The notes beneath the pieces are model-generated. The model searched no databases, was not told the DNA's origin, and saw nothing but the letters and a program-made list of their open reading frames with translations. A stretch of 64,000 bases of DNA from Candidatus Zixiibacteriota bacterium. Lineage in GTDB: Bacteria; Zixibacteria; MSB-5A5; UBA10806; 4484-95. Of the stretch, positions 1 through 9,807 are shown piece by piece. How positions within the stretch are numbered: position 1 is the first letter of the stretch; each line of letters opens with the position of its first letter. Both the position numbers and the translations under genes were made by a program. The stretch covers positions 98,575-162,574 of the forward strand of contig JBBIRK010000007.1 in NCBI GenBank assembly GCA_037441845.1, read 5' to 3'.

Positions 1-145
1 CGATCAAACCGCGCTTGATTCCTTCGGACGGCGATCTTCCGATTCCGAGAATTCTCAGACCGCTTTCCCCCTCGGGCTGCGCCGCCACGACCGCTACTTT
101 AGTACTTCCTATATCGAGTCCGACCAGGATTTCATCCTTTGGCAT
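1..145 (-). CDS. ftsA: Cell division protein FtsA, 5' part (runs off the window edge; not in the ORF track)
   Basis: Manual translation from ATG at 145: MPKDEILVGLDIGSTKVAVVAAQPEGESGLRILGIGRSPSEGIKRGLI. This contains the actin-fold phosphate-1 motif GLDIGSTK and lies directly after ftsQ. Confidence 0.93.
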   Translation of the reverse strand, partial: MPKDEILVGLDIGSTKVAVVAAQPEGESGLRILGIGRSPSEGIKRGLI

Positions 146-875
146 TAGTCTCTCCGATTTTGCTTATCACTCTTCCTCCGCGCATATCGATAATGCCGGC
201 CTCGCCCAGAATTTTCAGATCATCGAGGCGCGCCAGTCTATGAAACGATTTTGGAATATTATTCAGAGGAACAATAACTTTTATCGCTTGAGGTTCGATG
301 AAGATATTGGCGAAAACCAGATTCGAGAGATTTATTTCGGATATGCGCGCCGCCAGACCCGGGGAGACGGCTGTAACTTCCTCCATGATGCTGATGGCAT
401 AATTCAATCTGAGCCGATCCAGCCAACAAGCGCCGTTTTTCAACGCCAGATCTTGAGCGTTTCGGCTTTCGAAACCGGTTACTATCGGCAATTGCAAATT
501 CGGTTCGCTTAACGTCATGATTTTTTGACTTCTGGTCAAGCCATACAGGCGCTCGAATTTGGCCAGTAATATCGGCTCCTCCGTCCGGACATCTATCTCG
601 ATCGTTCCGAGCATCTTGCGGGTGATACTTGCCTGCCTCACTCCGGGCATCCGCATTATATTCGCGGCAGCCCGCTTAAGGTCTTGCTCGAAAATCGATT
701 CATCGATATTGAGACCGGCGGCGGAAACAATCAAGTTGCGGTCGATATCCGCATCGCATTTGACCCGTATTTCCTGCAGTCTGAACGGCGGCAATTTGCC
801 CGCTTGCAAAAAAGCCAATCTGCCTGCCAAAATGCCGAGACCTATGGCCAGCGTGAGGGCGGCGACTTTTTTCAT
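132..875 (-). CDS. ftsQ: Cell division protein FtsQ/DivIB (POTRA domain)
   Basis: N-terminal TM, POTRA-like segment (…MPGVRQASITRKMLGTIEIDVRTEEP), C-terminal 'IIDMR'; lies between murC and ftsA. Confidence 0.85.
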   Translation of the reverse strand: MKKVAALTLAIGLGILAGRLAFLQAGKLPPFRLQEIRVKCDADIDRNLIVSAAGLNIDESIFEQDLKRAAANIMRMPGVRQASITRKMLGTIEIDVRTEEPILLAKFERLYGLTRSQKIMTLSEPNLQLPIVTGFESRNAQDLALKNGACWLDRLRLNYAISIMEEVTAVSPGLAARISEINLSNLVFANIFIEPQAIKVIVPLNNIPKSFHRLARLDDLKILGEAGIIDMRGGRVISKIGETNAKG

Positions 876-2245
876 TTGTTCAATTCCTGCAATAAAATCG
901 GTGTCAAACGGTTGATATCGCCGGCGCCGATTACGATAACGACATCACCTTCGCGAACCCGGGCCTTAAGCAACGCCGGAATCTTGTTCTTGTCCGGCTC
1001 GTAAAATACTTCATTGTGTCCGGCGCGGCTTACCGAATCAGCCACCAATTTTCCGTTTATGCCATTGATGGGTTGCTCGCGCGACCCATAAATATCGGTA
1101 ACGATCAACACGTCGGAATCGAAAAAGGCGGCTCCGAATTCTTTTTCGAAAGCCTTGGTTCGCGAATACAAATGCGGCTGAAACACCGCCACAATCCGGC
1201 TGCCGAAACTTTCTCTTGCCCCGGCCAGAGTCGTCTTTATTTCAGTGGGATGGTGCGCAAAATCGTCATAGAATCGTATCCCGCGGGCCGTGCCGGCATA
1301 CTCCATCCTGCGGCCCACACCGGGGAAAGTACCGATCGCATCGACCGCGGTGGCGAACGGGATTTCAAGGTCGAGCGCCAAGGCGACAGCCGCCAAAGCA
1401 TTCAATACGTTGTGCCTTCCGAAAAGTGGAACCCGAACTTCTCCCAAACGACCGCCGCCGCTATGACAGATGAATTCGGACCCGTCGCGGCCGAATTTGA
1501 CATCCGTGGCGAAAAGGTCCGCATGTCGGGAAAATCCATAGGAGATGCTCGGGCGGCTGAATCTGTCACGAATAAGGCGCAACCCTTCATCCTCGAGACA
1601 ATATATAATGCTCCCGTAAAACGGAACCCGGTTGGCGAATTCGGCAAAACTTCGATAAAGATCTTCCATATCTTTATAGCATTCCATGTGTTCGGCCTCA
1701 ATCGACGTGATGACCGCGATAGTCGGATAGAACCGAAGAATCGAGCGATCGAATTCATCGGCCTCGGCAACTAAATAATCACCCTTGCCCACATAGGCAT
1801 TGGTGCCGACACCCAGAACTCTGCCGCCGACGATGACCGTGGGATCAAATCCGGCTTTGCCCATGACGTGCCCAATGAGCGAGGTGGTGGTCGTTTTTCC
1901 GTGCGTCCCGGCCACCGCAACCGAAAATTTCATCTTCATTAATTCGGAAAGCATCTCTGCGCGCGGAATCGTGGGTATCTTTCTTCGACGTGCCGCCAGC
2001 AATTCCGGGTTGTCCGGCTTTACTGCGGAGGAATAAACTACGACGTCGGCGTCGGCACCGTTGTTTTCGTGATGGCTGTAGCTGACCTTGATGCCGATTT
2101 TTTCGAGATATTCGGTAACCTCGGTTTTCTTCTGATCGCTGCCGGTCAGGGTATAGCCGAGATTGTGCAGCACTTCCGCTATACCACACATTCCCGTTCC
2201 GCCTATGCCCACGAAATGCAGCTTTTTGATTCTTTTGAATTTCAT
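872..2245 (-). CDS. murC: UDP-N-acetylmuramate--L-alanine ligase
   Basis: HFVGIGGTGM, AGTHGKTTTT, EADEFD, DDFAHHPTEI and FQPHLYSRT motifs. Start reassigned to ATG 2245, which overlaps the murG stop (ATGA). Confidence 0.97.
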   Translation of the reverse strand: MKFKRIKKLHFVGIGGTGMCGIAEVLHNLGYTLTGSDQKKTEVTEYLEKIGIKVSYSHHENNGADADVVVYSSAVKPDNPELLAARRRKIPTIPRAEMLSELMKMKFSVAVAGTHGKTTTTSLIGHVMGKAGFDPTVIVGGRVLGVGTNAYVGKGDYLVAEADEFDRSILRFYPTIAVITSIEAEHMECYKDMEDLYRSFAEFANRVPFYGSIIYCLEDEGLRLIRDRFSRPSISYGFSRHADLFATDVKFGRDGSEFICHSGGGRLGEVRVPLFGRHNVLNALAAVALALDLEIPFATAVDAIGTFPGVGRRMEYAGTARGIRFYDDFAHHPTEIKTTLAGARESFGSRIVAVFQPHLYSRTKAFEKEFGAAFFDSDVLIVTDIYGSREQPINGINGKLVADSVSRAGHNEVFYEPDKNKIPALLKARVREGDVVIVIGAGDINRLTPILLQELNK

Positions 2246-3327
2246 ATCAGGTTGATGATTTCCTTCGTGATTATGTCCGCGCCGCCGGTATTGCCGAGTC
2301 TCAGGGCGCATTCGGACAGTTTGCCCCTTTTATCTCTGTTGTTCATCAATTCCAGAAGCGTCGAGCGGAACACCTCTTTGGATAAATTGCCGTCGGCGAT
2401 CAATTCGACCGCCCCCGATTCTTTCAACGCCTGGGCGTTTTTCATTTGGTGATCGGCGGTGGCATGCGGATAGGGGACCAATAGCGACGGCAATCCGAGC
2501 GCCAGCAATTCGGATACGGTCATCGCTCCGGCGCGGCAAACCACCAAGTCGGCGATAGCATACGCTTGGGGCATTTTATCTATAAAAGGCTCCAGGCTGC
2601 CGCAAAACGCACAGGAAGACATCTTTTTTGAAGTCTCGTCGAATTTATCCGCGCCGGTTTGCCAAAGGCATTGCCAGTCTTCCGGAAGCAGACCATCGCA
2701 AATGAAGCTGCCTATTCCCTCGTTAATAGATTGGGCTCCTCGGCTGCCACCGGTTACGAGCAAGACTTTTTTATTGGGATTAAGTCCGAAGGCCGCATAT
2801 AGGTCATTGGTTCGGGGTATTTTCAGGTCCGGCCGGAGCGGATTACCGCTGACGATTATGTTCCGAATTCCGTGCAGATATTTTTTCGAGCTTTCGAAAG
2901 CCACGCAAATTCGATCCGCGAAGCGCGCAAGAAAACGGGTGGCCAGCCCGGGAAATACATTTTGTTCCTGAATCAAAGTCCGACTCCGCCTGCGTTTGCC
3001 GGCCAGCACAACCGGAGCCGAAACGTAGCCTCCCGTCCCCACAACCACCTCGGGCCCGAACCAACGGATTACTTTGTCGGCCTGCGAGAAAGCGCGCATT
3101 ATTTTTTTCGAAAAATCCATCATCCCGCCGAAATCCCGTCTCAAGCCGACCACTTCTATCTCCTCGATAGGGAAACCGTGTTTCTCCACGATCTTTTTTT
3201 CCATCCCGCCCTTGAGACCGACGAAAAGAAACTCGGCGTCGGCCAGCCTGGACCTGAGCACTTGCGCAATGTTAAGCGCCGGGATCAAATGCCCACCAGT
3301 CCCTCCTCCGGCGAATAAAATCCTCAC
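2242..3327 (-). CDS. murG: Undecaprenyl-PP-MurNAc-pentapeptide GlcNAc transferase
   Basis: GGGTGGHLIP, GTGGYVS, EQN, GNPLR, GGSRGA, RAGAMTVSE and HQMKNA motifs. Confidence 0.97.
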   Translation of the reverse strand: MRILFAGGGTGGHLIPALNIAQVLRSRLADAEFLFVGLKGGMEKKIVEKHGFPIEEIEVVGLRRDFGGMMDFSKKIMRAFSQADKVIRWFGPEVVVGTGGYVSAPVVLAGKRRRSRTLIQEQNVFPGLATRFLARFADRICVAFESSKKYLHGIRNIIVSGNPLRPDLKIPRTNDLYAAFGLNPNKKVLLVTGGSRGAQSINEGIGSFICDGLLPEDWQCLWQTGADKFDETSKKMSSCAFCGSLEPFIDKMPQAYAIADLVVCRAGAMTVSELLALGLPSLLVPYPHATADHQMKNAQALKESGAVELIADGNLSKEVFRSTLLELMNNRDKRGKLSECALRLGNTGGADIITKEIINLI

Positions 3328-4460
3328 AAAGCCCCCATGCGATTAAGTTCCGGCCGACAACCATGCCTGGCCACCGATAAAATCATGCCGGTAGCCGCAC
3401 AGGATACGACCAGCGACGAACCGCCATAGCTGAAAAACGGCAAAGTAATTCCGGTGACCGGCAGCAAACCGACCGCCACACCGATATTGATGCCGGCTTG
3501 CGAAATTATCATAACCGCCATGCCCGATGCCAACAGCAGCCCTTCTATATCAGTAGCCGCCAAGGCGACCCTGAGCGCACCGATGAAAAACATCATATAC
3601 AACACCAAAACCAATAGGCAAAGCAGCATTCCACCCTCTTCCGCCGAAGAAGCGAAAATGAAATCGGTATGCGGCGCAGGTAAGAAAAGATTTTTCTGCC
3701 CACCCTCGCCCAGACCACGTCCGAACAGCCCCCCCGAGCCGATGCTTATCAGCGATTGTTTCACCTGGTAGAATCCGCCCCCCAATCCCTCCTGGTTATG
3801 ATCAGCCAACGGATTTTGCAGGATAGCGGCGAAATCGGTCAATCTGTCTTTCTCGTAATCCTTGCCGAACACCATCAGCGCACCCATAACCGCTACCGAT
3901 GCCGTGACTATCGCAATATAACGTAATTTCAACCCGGCGATAAACGACACGGCCGCCATTATTATGAACACGGCCGCCAAGGTGCCGAGATCGGGCTGCT
4001 TGATTATCAGCGACAGCCCGGCCGCCAGCGGAATTGCCCGGATTATAAGCTTCTTGGGCTCGATCCGACGCAGATGAACTTTGGCCGCTATACTTGCCAG
4101 ATACATCACTGCCGCCACTTTGAAAAACTCCGAGGGTTGGAACTGGATGAATCCCAGATCTATCCAACGCTGCACTTCCTGTTTCTCTTTCGCGTTCAAG
4201 ACCAACACCAGCATCACCAAGGCGATCAAGATCAAGGCCGGCGAATACTTGAGCAGGAAGTGGTAATCGAGCCTGGAACAGACGATCATGACCGAGACGG
4301 CGATTACCGCGAAAATCAGCTGCTTGAAAAAATAATACCATCGAGTATGTTTCTCTTCAAGTCCATAGGGGCCGGACACGCTGTAGATAAAAATCAAACC
4401 GATAGCTATCAAAAGCAGCACCGAAAACGCGATAGTCTTCTGGGGCGAATCGATAAACAT
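3324..4460 (-). CDS. ftsW: SEDS peptidoglycan glycosyltransferase FtsW
   Basis: Polytopic protein with RWI…FQPSEFFK, QPDLGT, LPAPHTDFIF and TGITLPFFSYGGSS; dcw position. Confidence 0.95.
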   Translation of the reverse strand: MFIDSPQKTIAFSVLLLIAIGLIFIYSVSGPYGLEEKHTRWYYFFKQLIFAVIAVSVMIVCSRLDYHFLLKYSPALILIALVMLVLVLNAKEKQEVQRWIDLGFIQFQPSEFFKVAAVMYLASIAAKVHLRRIEPKKLIIRAIPLAAGLSLIIKQPDLGTLAAVFIIMAAVSFIAGLKLRYIAIVTASVAVMGALMVFGKDYEKDRLTDFAAILQNPLADHNQEGLGGGFYQVKQSLISIGSGGLFGRGLGEGGQKNLFLPAPHTDFIFASSAEEGGMLLCLLVLVLYMMFFIGALRVALAATDIEGLLLASGMAVMIISQAGINIGVAVGLLPVTGITLPFFSYGGSSLVVSCAATGMILSVARHGCRPELNRMGAL

Positions 4461-5830
4461 CAGCCGCGACTCTCCATCAAGGCCCTGACCGTTTCTTTGA
4501 ACACACGGCCGCGATGCTCATAATTTTCGAACATGTCGAAACTCGCGCAACCGGGAGAAAGCAACACCGTTCCCCGGGGATAGGCAAGTTCGTAGGCTCT
4601 TTTCACGGCAAGAGGAAGCGATTGCGCTTTTTCGATTGTGACGATGCCATCGAAAGCCGCCGCTATTTTCTCGGTCGCCTGACCGATGAGCACCACCGCA
4701 GAGACGTTATTTCTGATCAGAGACTCGAGTTGCCGGAAATCGCCGCCTTTATCTTTGCCTCCGGCGATAAGCACGATAGGCGGGGACACCGACTGAAGCG
4801 CCCAAAAAACGGCATCGACATTGGTCGCTTTTGAGTCGTTAATGAAGCTCACCCCTCCGATGAGCCCCACTTTCTCCAGTCGGTGCTCCACGCCCGTGAA
4901 AGTTCTTAAAGCCTTTATTACATGATCGTCGGCGATTCCCGCTGATGCGGCTATGGCGGCCGCGGCGCAGGCATTGGCCAGATTGTGCGGCCCCTTAATT
5001 CCCAGCTCGGATACCTTCAGCAACTGACGGCGATTGCCCCCCAGAGAAAGATTTATCACATCGTTCAAGGCGAAACATCCTTGGGCGAGTTCTTTGGATG
5101 TCGAGAATAAGACCGCATTTAGGGATTCGCGTTTTTTCATGAGCAATGGATCGTCAGCGTTGAGCACGGCCGTATCGCCATCGCTCTGATTGGCGAATAC
5201 GCGCATTTTCAATCCCACATATTCCTCCATGCTCGCATGACGATCAAGGTGATCAGGAGTGATATTCAGAATCGCCGCCACTGTCGGTTTGAACGACTCG
5301 ATCCATTCGAGCTGAAACGAGGAGACTTCGAGGATTGCGAAATCATTCGGCCCGAGCATCGACGCCACACTGCAATAAGGCGTGCCGATATTTCCGGCGA
5401 CCGCATATTTCCGTTTCGCCTGATGAAAAATTTCGCCGACCAAAGAAGTAGTAGTGGTCTTGCCGTTCGAACCGGTGATCGCAATCACCTTGGCCGGACA
5501 AAGCCAGAACCCGAGTTCAAGCTCGGAAATAACTTTAATCCCTCTGGCGACGGCGTTTTGCAGCACTGGGGAATCGGCGGCCACACCGGGGCTGGTCACG
5601 AATAGATCGCAATCATAAATCTTCTCGGAATGACCTCCGAATTCGAAATTTATTCGGTTATCGCTCAGCGATCGTTTGATCTCGTTCAGCCTTGGAGCAG
5701 ACCATTGATCTTCAGGCTTTGCATCGGATAAATAGACTTCGGCACCGTGGCGTTTCAACTCGATCGCGGCGGCCATTCCCGATCGCGCGGCCCCGATTAC
5801 GCTTATTTTCTTGCTAGATACTTTGTTCAT
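4460..5830 (-). CDS. murD: UDP-N-acetylmuramoyl-L-alanine--D-glutamate ligase
   Basis: IGAARSG, ITGSNGKTTTT, LEVSSFQL, PDHLDRH, NDSKATN and LLSPGCASFD. Start set at ATG 5830 (MNKVSS), overlapping the mraY stop. Confidence 0.97.
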   Translation of the reverse strand: MNKVSSKKISVIGAARSGMAAAIELKRHGAEVYLSDAKPEDQWSAPRLNEIKRSLSDNRINFEFGGHSEKIYDCDLFVTSPGVAADSPVLQNAVARGIKVISELELGFWLCPAKVIAITGSNGKTTTTSLVGEIFHQAKRKYAVAGNIGTPYCSVASMLGPNDFAILEVSSFQLEWIESFKPTVAAILNITPDHLDRHASMEEYVGLKMRVFANQSDGDTAVLNADDPLLMKKRESLNAVLFSTSKELAQGCFALNDVINLSLGGNRRQLLKVSELGIKGPHNLANACAAAAIAASAGIADDHVIKALRTFTGVEHRLEKVGLIGGVSFINDSKATNVDAVFWALQSVSPPIVLIAGGKDKGGDFRQLESLIRNNVSAVVLIGQATEKIAAAFDGIVTIEKAQSLPLAVKRAYELAYPRGTVLLSPGCASFDMFENYEHRGRVFKETVRALMESRG

Positions 5831-6915
5831 CTGATTTTCAGGGTGCTCATGCTGATCAAGGCGAATATCACGCCCAAAATCCAAAAGCGCACCGTTACTT
5901 TCTGTTCCGGCCAGCCGCATAGCTCGAAATGATGATGAATGGGCGCCATCTTGAACACCCGTTTGCCTTTGCTCAACTTGAAATAGACCACCTGAATGAT
6001 CACGGATAGCGCCACCATCACGAAAACGCCGCCCATGATCACCAACAAAATTTCCTTTTTAATCAATAGTGCGATAGCCGCCAAAGCGCCGCCCAGCGCC
6101 AGCGCCCCCGTATCACCCATGAATACCTGCGCCGGATTGGCATTGAACCATAAGAATCCCAGGCACGACCCGACGAGCGCACCGCAGAAAATCGTCAGTT
6201 CGCCGGCGTCTTTGAAATAATCGATATTCAAATAACGGGAAAAATCGCTGCGGCCGGTTATATAGGCCAGCACCGCGAATGACAGGCCGCATATCCCCAC
6301 CAGCCCGATCGCCAAGCCGTCAAGGCCGTCGGTAAGATTCACCGCGTTGGAAACACCGGTGATGACAATTATGACGAACGGAATGTACAACACTCCGAAA
6401 TCGATTTCGAGGTTCTTGAAAAACGGCACTTCGGTCGCCGAATCGAAAAACGGATCCGGGGGATAGAAATAAAGAATCGAACCGAGAATCAGTCCCAAAA
6501 GGATCTGACCGATAAGCTTCTTGCGGGCGACGACTCCTTTTTTCTGTTTCTTGATCGCCTTCAGATAATCATCATAGAAACCGAGCAGTCCCAGCCAGAC
6601 CGTTACCAGCAGCACCAGGTGAATATAGACATTAGTCAAATCGGCCCATAGCAGCGTGGGAATCAGAATCGAAATGAGGATGAGCAGGCCTCCCATGGTT
6701 GGCGTCCCCTTTTTGGCAAGGTGAGTGCTCGGACCGTCGGTACGGATATTTTCTTTGATCTGCTTCCGTTTGAGGTATTGTATGAACAGGCCGCCGAACA
6801 TGAAACTGATCAACATCGCCGTGACCGAAGCGTAGGCGGTGCGGAAAGTAATATATTTGAAAACATTGAAACCGCTGATGTATTCACTCAGTGGATACAG
6901 AAGATGATACAGCAT
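5827..6915 (-). CDS. mraY: Phospho-N-acetylmuramoyl-pentapeptide transferase
   Basis: KKGTPTMGG, DDYLK, NAVNLTDGLDGL, FMGDTG and MAPIHHHFE. Confidence 0.98.
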   Translation of the reverse strand: MLYHLLYPLSEYISGFNVFKYITFRTAYASVTAMLISFMFGGLFIQYLKRKQIKENIRTDGPSTHLAKKGTPTMGGLLILISILIPTLLWADLTNVYIHLVLLVTVWLGLLGFYDDYLKAIKKQKKGVVARKKLIGQILLGLILGSILYFYPPDPFFDSATEVPFFKNLEIDFGVLYIPFVIIVITGVSNAVNLTDGLDGLAIGLVGICGLSFAVLAYITGRSDFSRYLNIDYFKDAGELTIFCGALVGSCLGFLWFNANPAQVFMGDTGALALGGALAAIALLIKKEILLVIMGGVFVMVALSVIIQVVYFKLSKGKRVFKMAPIHHHFELCGWPEQKVTVRFWILGVIFALISMSTLKIR

Positions 6916-8306
6916 CAGCGGCCTTCCTTCAAGGCTCGGCTGACATCCTCGAGCGCCATGCCCCGCGAACCTTTCACCAGAACCACATCGCCCGGCTTCA
7001 GATATTTCTGCAATTTTTCGATCAACGCCGCTTTGTCCATATAATGGCTTCCCTCCCGGCCGTGATATTCTTTAAAATAATGCCGGCTTAATTGTCCGAA
7101 TGCGAAGACGGCGTCTATTTTATGCTTGTCGAGAGATCGGCCGATTTCGACGTGGAATTCGATTTCCCGCGGCCCCAGCTCAAGCATATCTCCGAGCACC
7201 GCTATTTTCCTGCCCTCGCCGGGGAAACCCGCCAAAGTCTCGATCGCCGATTTCAGAGAAACCGGATTGGCGTTATAACAATCGTTGATTACGGTAATGC
7301 CCTTGCTTCGGAAAATCTCCGAACGAAGGCTGCTTGGCTCGATCGAACTGAGCGCGTCCGACATTGATTTCCATTCGCAGCCGAGCGAATCGGCGCAGGC
7401 GAGCGCAGCCAGAGCGTTATATATATTATGTCTGCCTTGATATCGCAGGAAAAACCTCCGCCCGTTCAGGCTGAATTCGTATCCTTGATTTGTTTGGGCG
7501 ATCGACTCGGCTCGGAAATCAGCATCGGAATCGATCCCATAAGTTATCACTTTCTGCCGTAAATCCCCGACCCAGGTCCGCAGGATCGGATCGTCATTGT
7601 TGATTATCACCAGACCGTTCTGGGCCATTTTTTCCACCAGCTCATGTTTGGCTCGGGCGACTGCTTCGATCGTTCCCATATTCTGAAGATGGACCGGGCC
7701 GATATTGGTGAGAATTCCTATGTTAGGCTGGCAGATTTCCGTTAACCGGCCGATTTCTCCGGGAAAGCTCATGCCCAGTTCGAACACCCCGGCTTGAATC
7801 GTTTCATCGAGCCGGAAAAGATTTTGCGGCAGTCCGATCAAGTTGTTTTTATTCCCGCTTGTTTTCAAGACCGTAAATCGCGTCGAAAGGCAGGCGGCTG
7901 TCAATTCCTTGGTTGTCGTCTTGCCGTTCGAGCCTGTGATGGCAGCGCATAGGATATCGAATCTCCCTCGGAAACTCGCCGCCAGATCGCCGAGCGCTTT
8001 TAGGGTATCGGCCACTTTTATCAGCATGCCCCGGCCGATCGTTATATCACGATCGACAACCGCGGCGCAGGCGCCTTTGGCGAACGCCTCATTCACATAA
8101 TCGTGGCCGTCGAAATTGTCGCCTTTCAAAGCGAAAAACAGTTCGCCCCTGCCGATCGTCCTCGTATCGGTGGAAATCCCCCTTATTTCGATCGACCCGT
8201 CGAGATATCGGTCTGGCGGTTCGGCCGGGCCGCCGTAAACCGCCTTTGCCGTCAAAGCTTTTTCCACGTCCGAAATAGTCAACTTCATGGTTTCAAGAAT
8301 CTGCAT
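6915..8306 (-). CDS. murF: UDP-N-acetylmuramoyl-tripeptide--D-alanyl-D-alanine ligase
   Basis: STDTR, ITGSNGKTTTKE, NDCYNANP, LGDMLELG and VKGSRGM. Confidence 0.96.
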   Translation of the reverse strand: MQILETMKLTISDVEKALTAKAVYGGPAEPPDRYLDGSIEIRGISTDTRTIGRGELFFALKGDNFDGHDYVNEAFAKGACAAVVDRDITIGRGMLIKVADTLKALGDLAASFRGRFDILCAAITGSNGKTTTKELTAACLSTRFTVLKTSGNKNNLIGLPQNLFRLDETIQAGVFELGMSFPGEIGRLTEICQPNIGILTNIGPVHLQNMGTIEAVARAKHELVEKMAQNGLVIINNDDPILRTWVGDLRQKVITYGIDSDADFRAESIAQTNQGYEFSLNGRRFFLRYQGRHNIYNALAALACADSLGCEWKSMSDALSSIEPSSLRSEIFRSKGITVINDCYNANPVSLKSAIETLAGFPGEGRKIAVLGDMLELGPREIEFHVEIGRSLDKHKIDAVFAFGQLSRHYFKEYHGREGSHYMDKAALIEKLQKYLKPGDVVLVKGSRGMALEDVSRALKEGR

Positions 8307-9807
8307 AGCCCAGCTTTTTGAGGTATCTTCTGGCGACGTCCTGATCCGAAAAATAATGTTTGTTCCTGCCGATTATCTGATAATCCTCATGCCCTTTGCC
8401 GGCGATAATCACGAGATCTCCGGATTTGGCTGATGATACGGCCCGCCCTATCGCCTCATCGCGGTTCTCGACCACGGTGTAATTTTTTCGACCCGACATC
8501 CCTTTCAGAATATCTTTGATTATTTTCCCGGGTTCCTCGGAGCGCGGGTTATCGGAAGTAACGATTACTCGATCGGCATGGCTGACCGCGATTTCCCCCA
8601 TCAGCGGGCGTTTGGCCTTATCACGATCCCCGCCGCAACCGAAAACAACCAGTTTCTCACCCGGGCATTCGAGGCTCGTAAGCAGATTTTTCAGCGCATC
8701 GGGAGTATGGGCATAATCGACAATCACGGTGAAAGGCTGGCCCATATCGATTATTTGAACTCGACCGGGAACCTGCGGAGCGTGACGCATCGCTTCGACC
8801 GCCGGTTCGATTTCGACGTTCAGGGCTGTCGCCGCGGCTAAGGCGGCCACGAAATTATACAGATTGAAACGACCCAAGTGCGGCAGTGTGCCGTCGAAAG
8901 TGCGTCCTTTATAATGAAGCCGGAACGAACCCGTTTTGCCGTCGATGCCGCGGTCCTCGACTATAAAATCGGCGCCGGAGGTGTTGCTCAATGAATACGA
9001 AAGGACTTTCGCCCGGCAGACCTTTTTCATCTTTTCAGAATACGGATCATCGGCGTTCAAGACGCAGAATCCGTCTTGTTTCACCAATTTTTCGAAAAGG
9101 ATCGACTTGACGGAAAAATAGCGATCCATAGTCTTGTGATAATCGAGGTGGTCTTGAGTTAGATTGGTGAATATCGCGCCGGTGAAACTTATATCGTCGC
9201 AGCGCCCCATATCGAGTCCGTGCGAGGAAACCTCCATGGCGCAGCCCGAAAGTTTGTTCTCGAGAATTTCCGCCAACAGCTCCTGAAGTAACAGCGAATC
9301 GGGAGTAGTGTTGATCGCATTCTCCGTGCGTTTGCCGGTAAAATATTCCACCGTGCCGATCCGTCCCCACTGCTTCCCGACACTGGACATGATGTGAGTC
9401 AGATAGTAGGTCGTGGTGGTTTTGCCGTTGGTGCCGGTTACTCCGACGACGGGAATATGCAAAGAAGGATTGTCGTAATATCGAGCGGCAATCTGCGACA
9501 ATACCCGCCTGATATTCTTGCAATAAATAACCGGTATATCCATACTGCCGAGATCGTTGGATTGACTAACGACGGCGCGGGCGCCCAGCGATATCGCCTC
9601 GGGCACGTATTTTCGTCCATCGGCGGAAAAGCCCGGAATAGCGAAAAACAGATCGCCCCTTTTGACCTTCCTCGAATCGTTGGCCAGGCCGCTTACTTGA
9701 ACCGCCGCCTCTTTCGCATTCAATTTGCAACCGGTTCCCGCGAATAATTCGCCGAGAGTCACGGTTTTCCCTATCGAGGTCATCTTATTTGCCGCCACGA
9801 GATTCAA
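8293..9807 (-). CDS. murE: UDP-MurNAc-L-Ala-D-Glu--meso-diaminopimelate ligase
   Basis: TGTNGKTT, MEVSSHG, NLTQDHLDYH, VDYAHTPDA, DAP-specific DNPR motif and AGKGHEDYQ. Confidence 0.97.
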   Translation of the reverse strand: MNLVAANKMTSIGKTVTLGELFAGTGCKLNAKEAAVQVSGLANDSRKVKRGDLFFAIPGFSADGRKYVPEAISLGARAVVSQSNDLGSMDIPVIYCKNIRRVLSQIAARYYDNPSLHIPVVGVTGTNGKTTTTYYLTHIMSSVGKQWGRIGTVEYFTGKRTENAINTTPDSLLLQELLAEILENKLSGCAMEVSSHGLDMGRCDDISFTGAIFTNLTQDHLDYHKTMDRYFSVKSILFEKLVKQDGFCVLNADDPYSEKMKKVCRAKVLSYSLSNTSGADFIVEDRGIDGKTGSFRLHYKGRTFDGTLPHLGRFNLYNFVAALAAATALNVEIEPAVEAMRHAPQVPGRVQIIDMGQPFTVIVDYAHTPDALKNLLTSLECPGEKLVVFGCGGDRDKAKRPLMGEIAVSHADRVIVTSDNPRSEEPGKIIKDILKGMSGRKNYTVVENRDEAIGRAVSSAKSGDLVIIAGKGHEDYQIIGRNKHYFSDQDVARRYLKKLGYADS

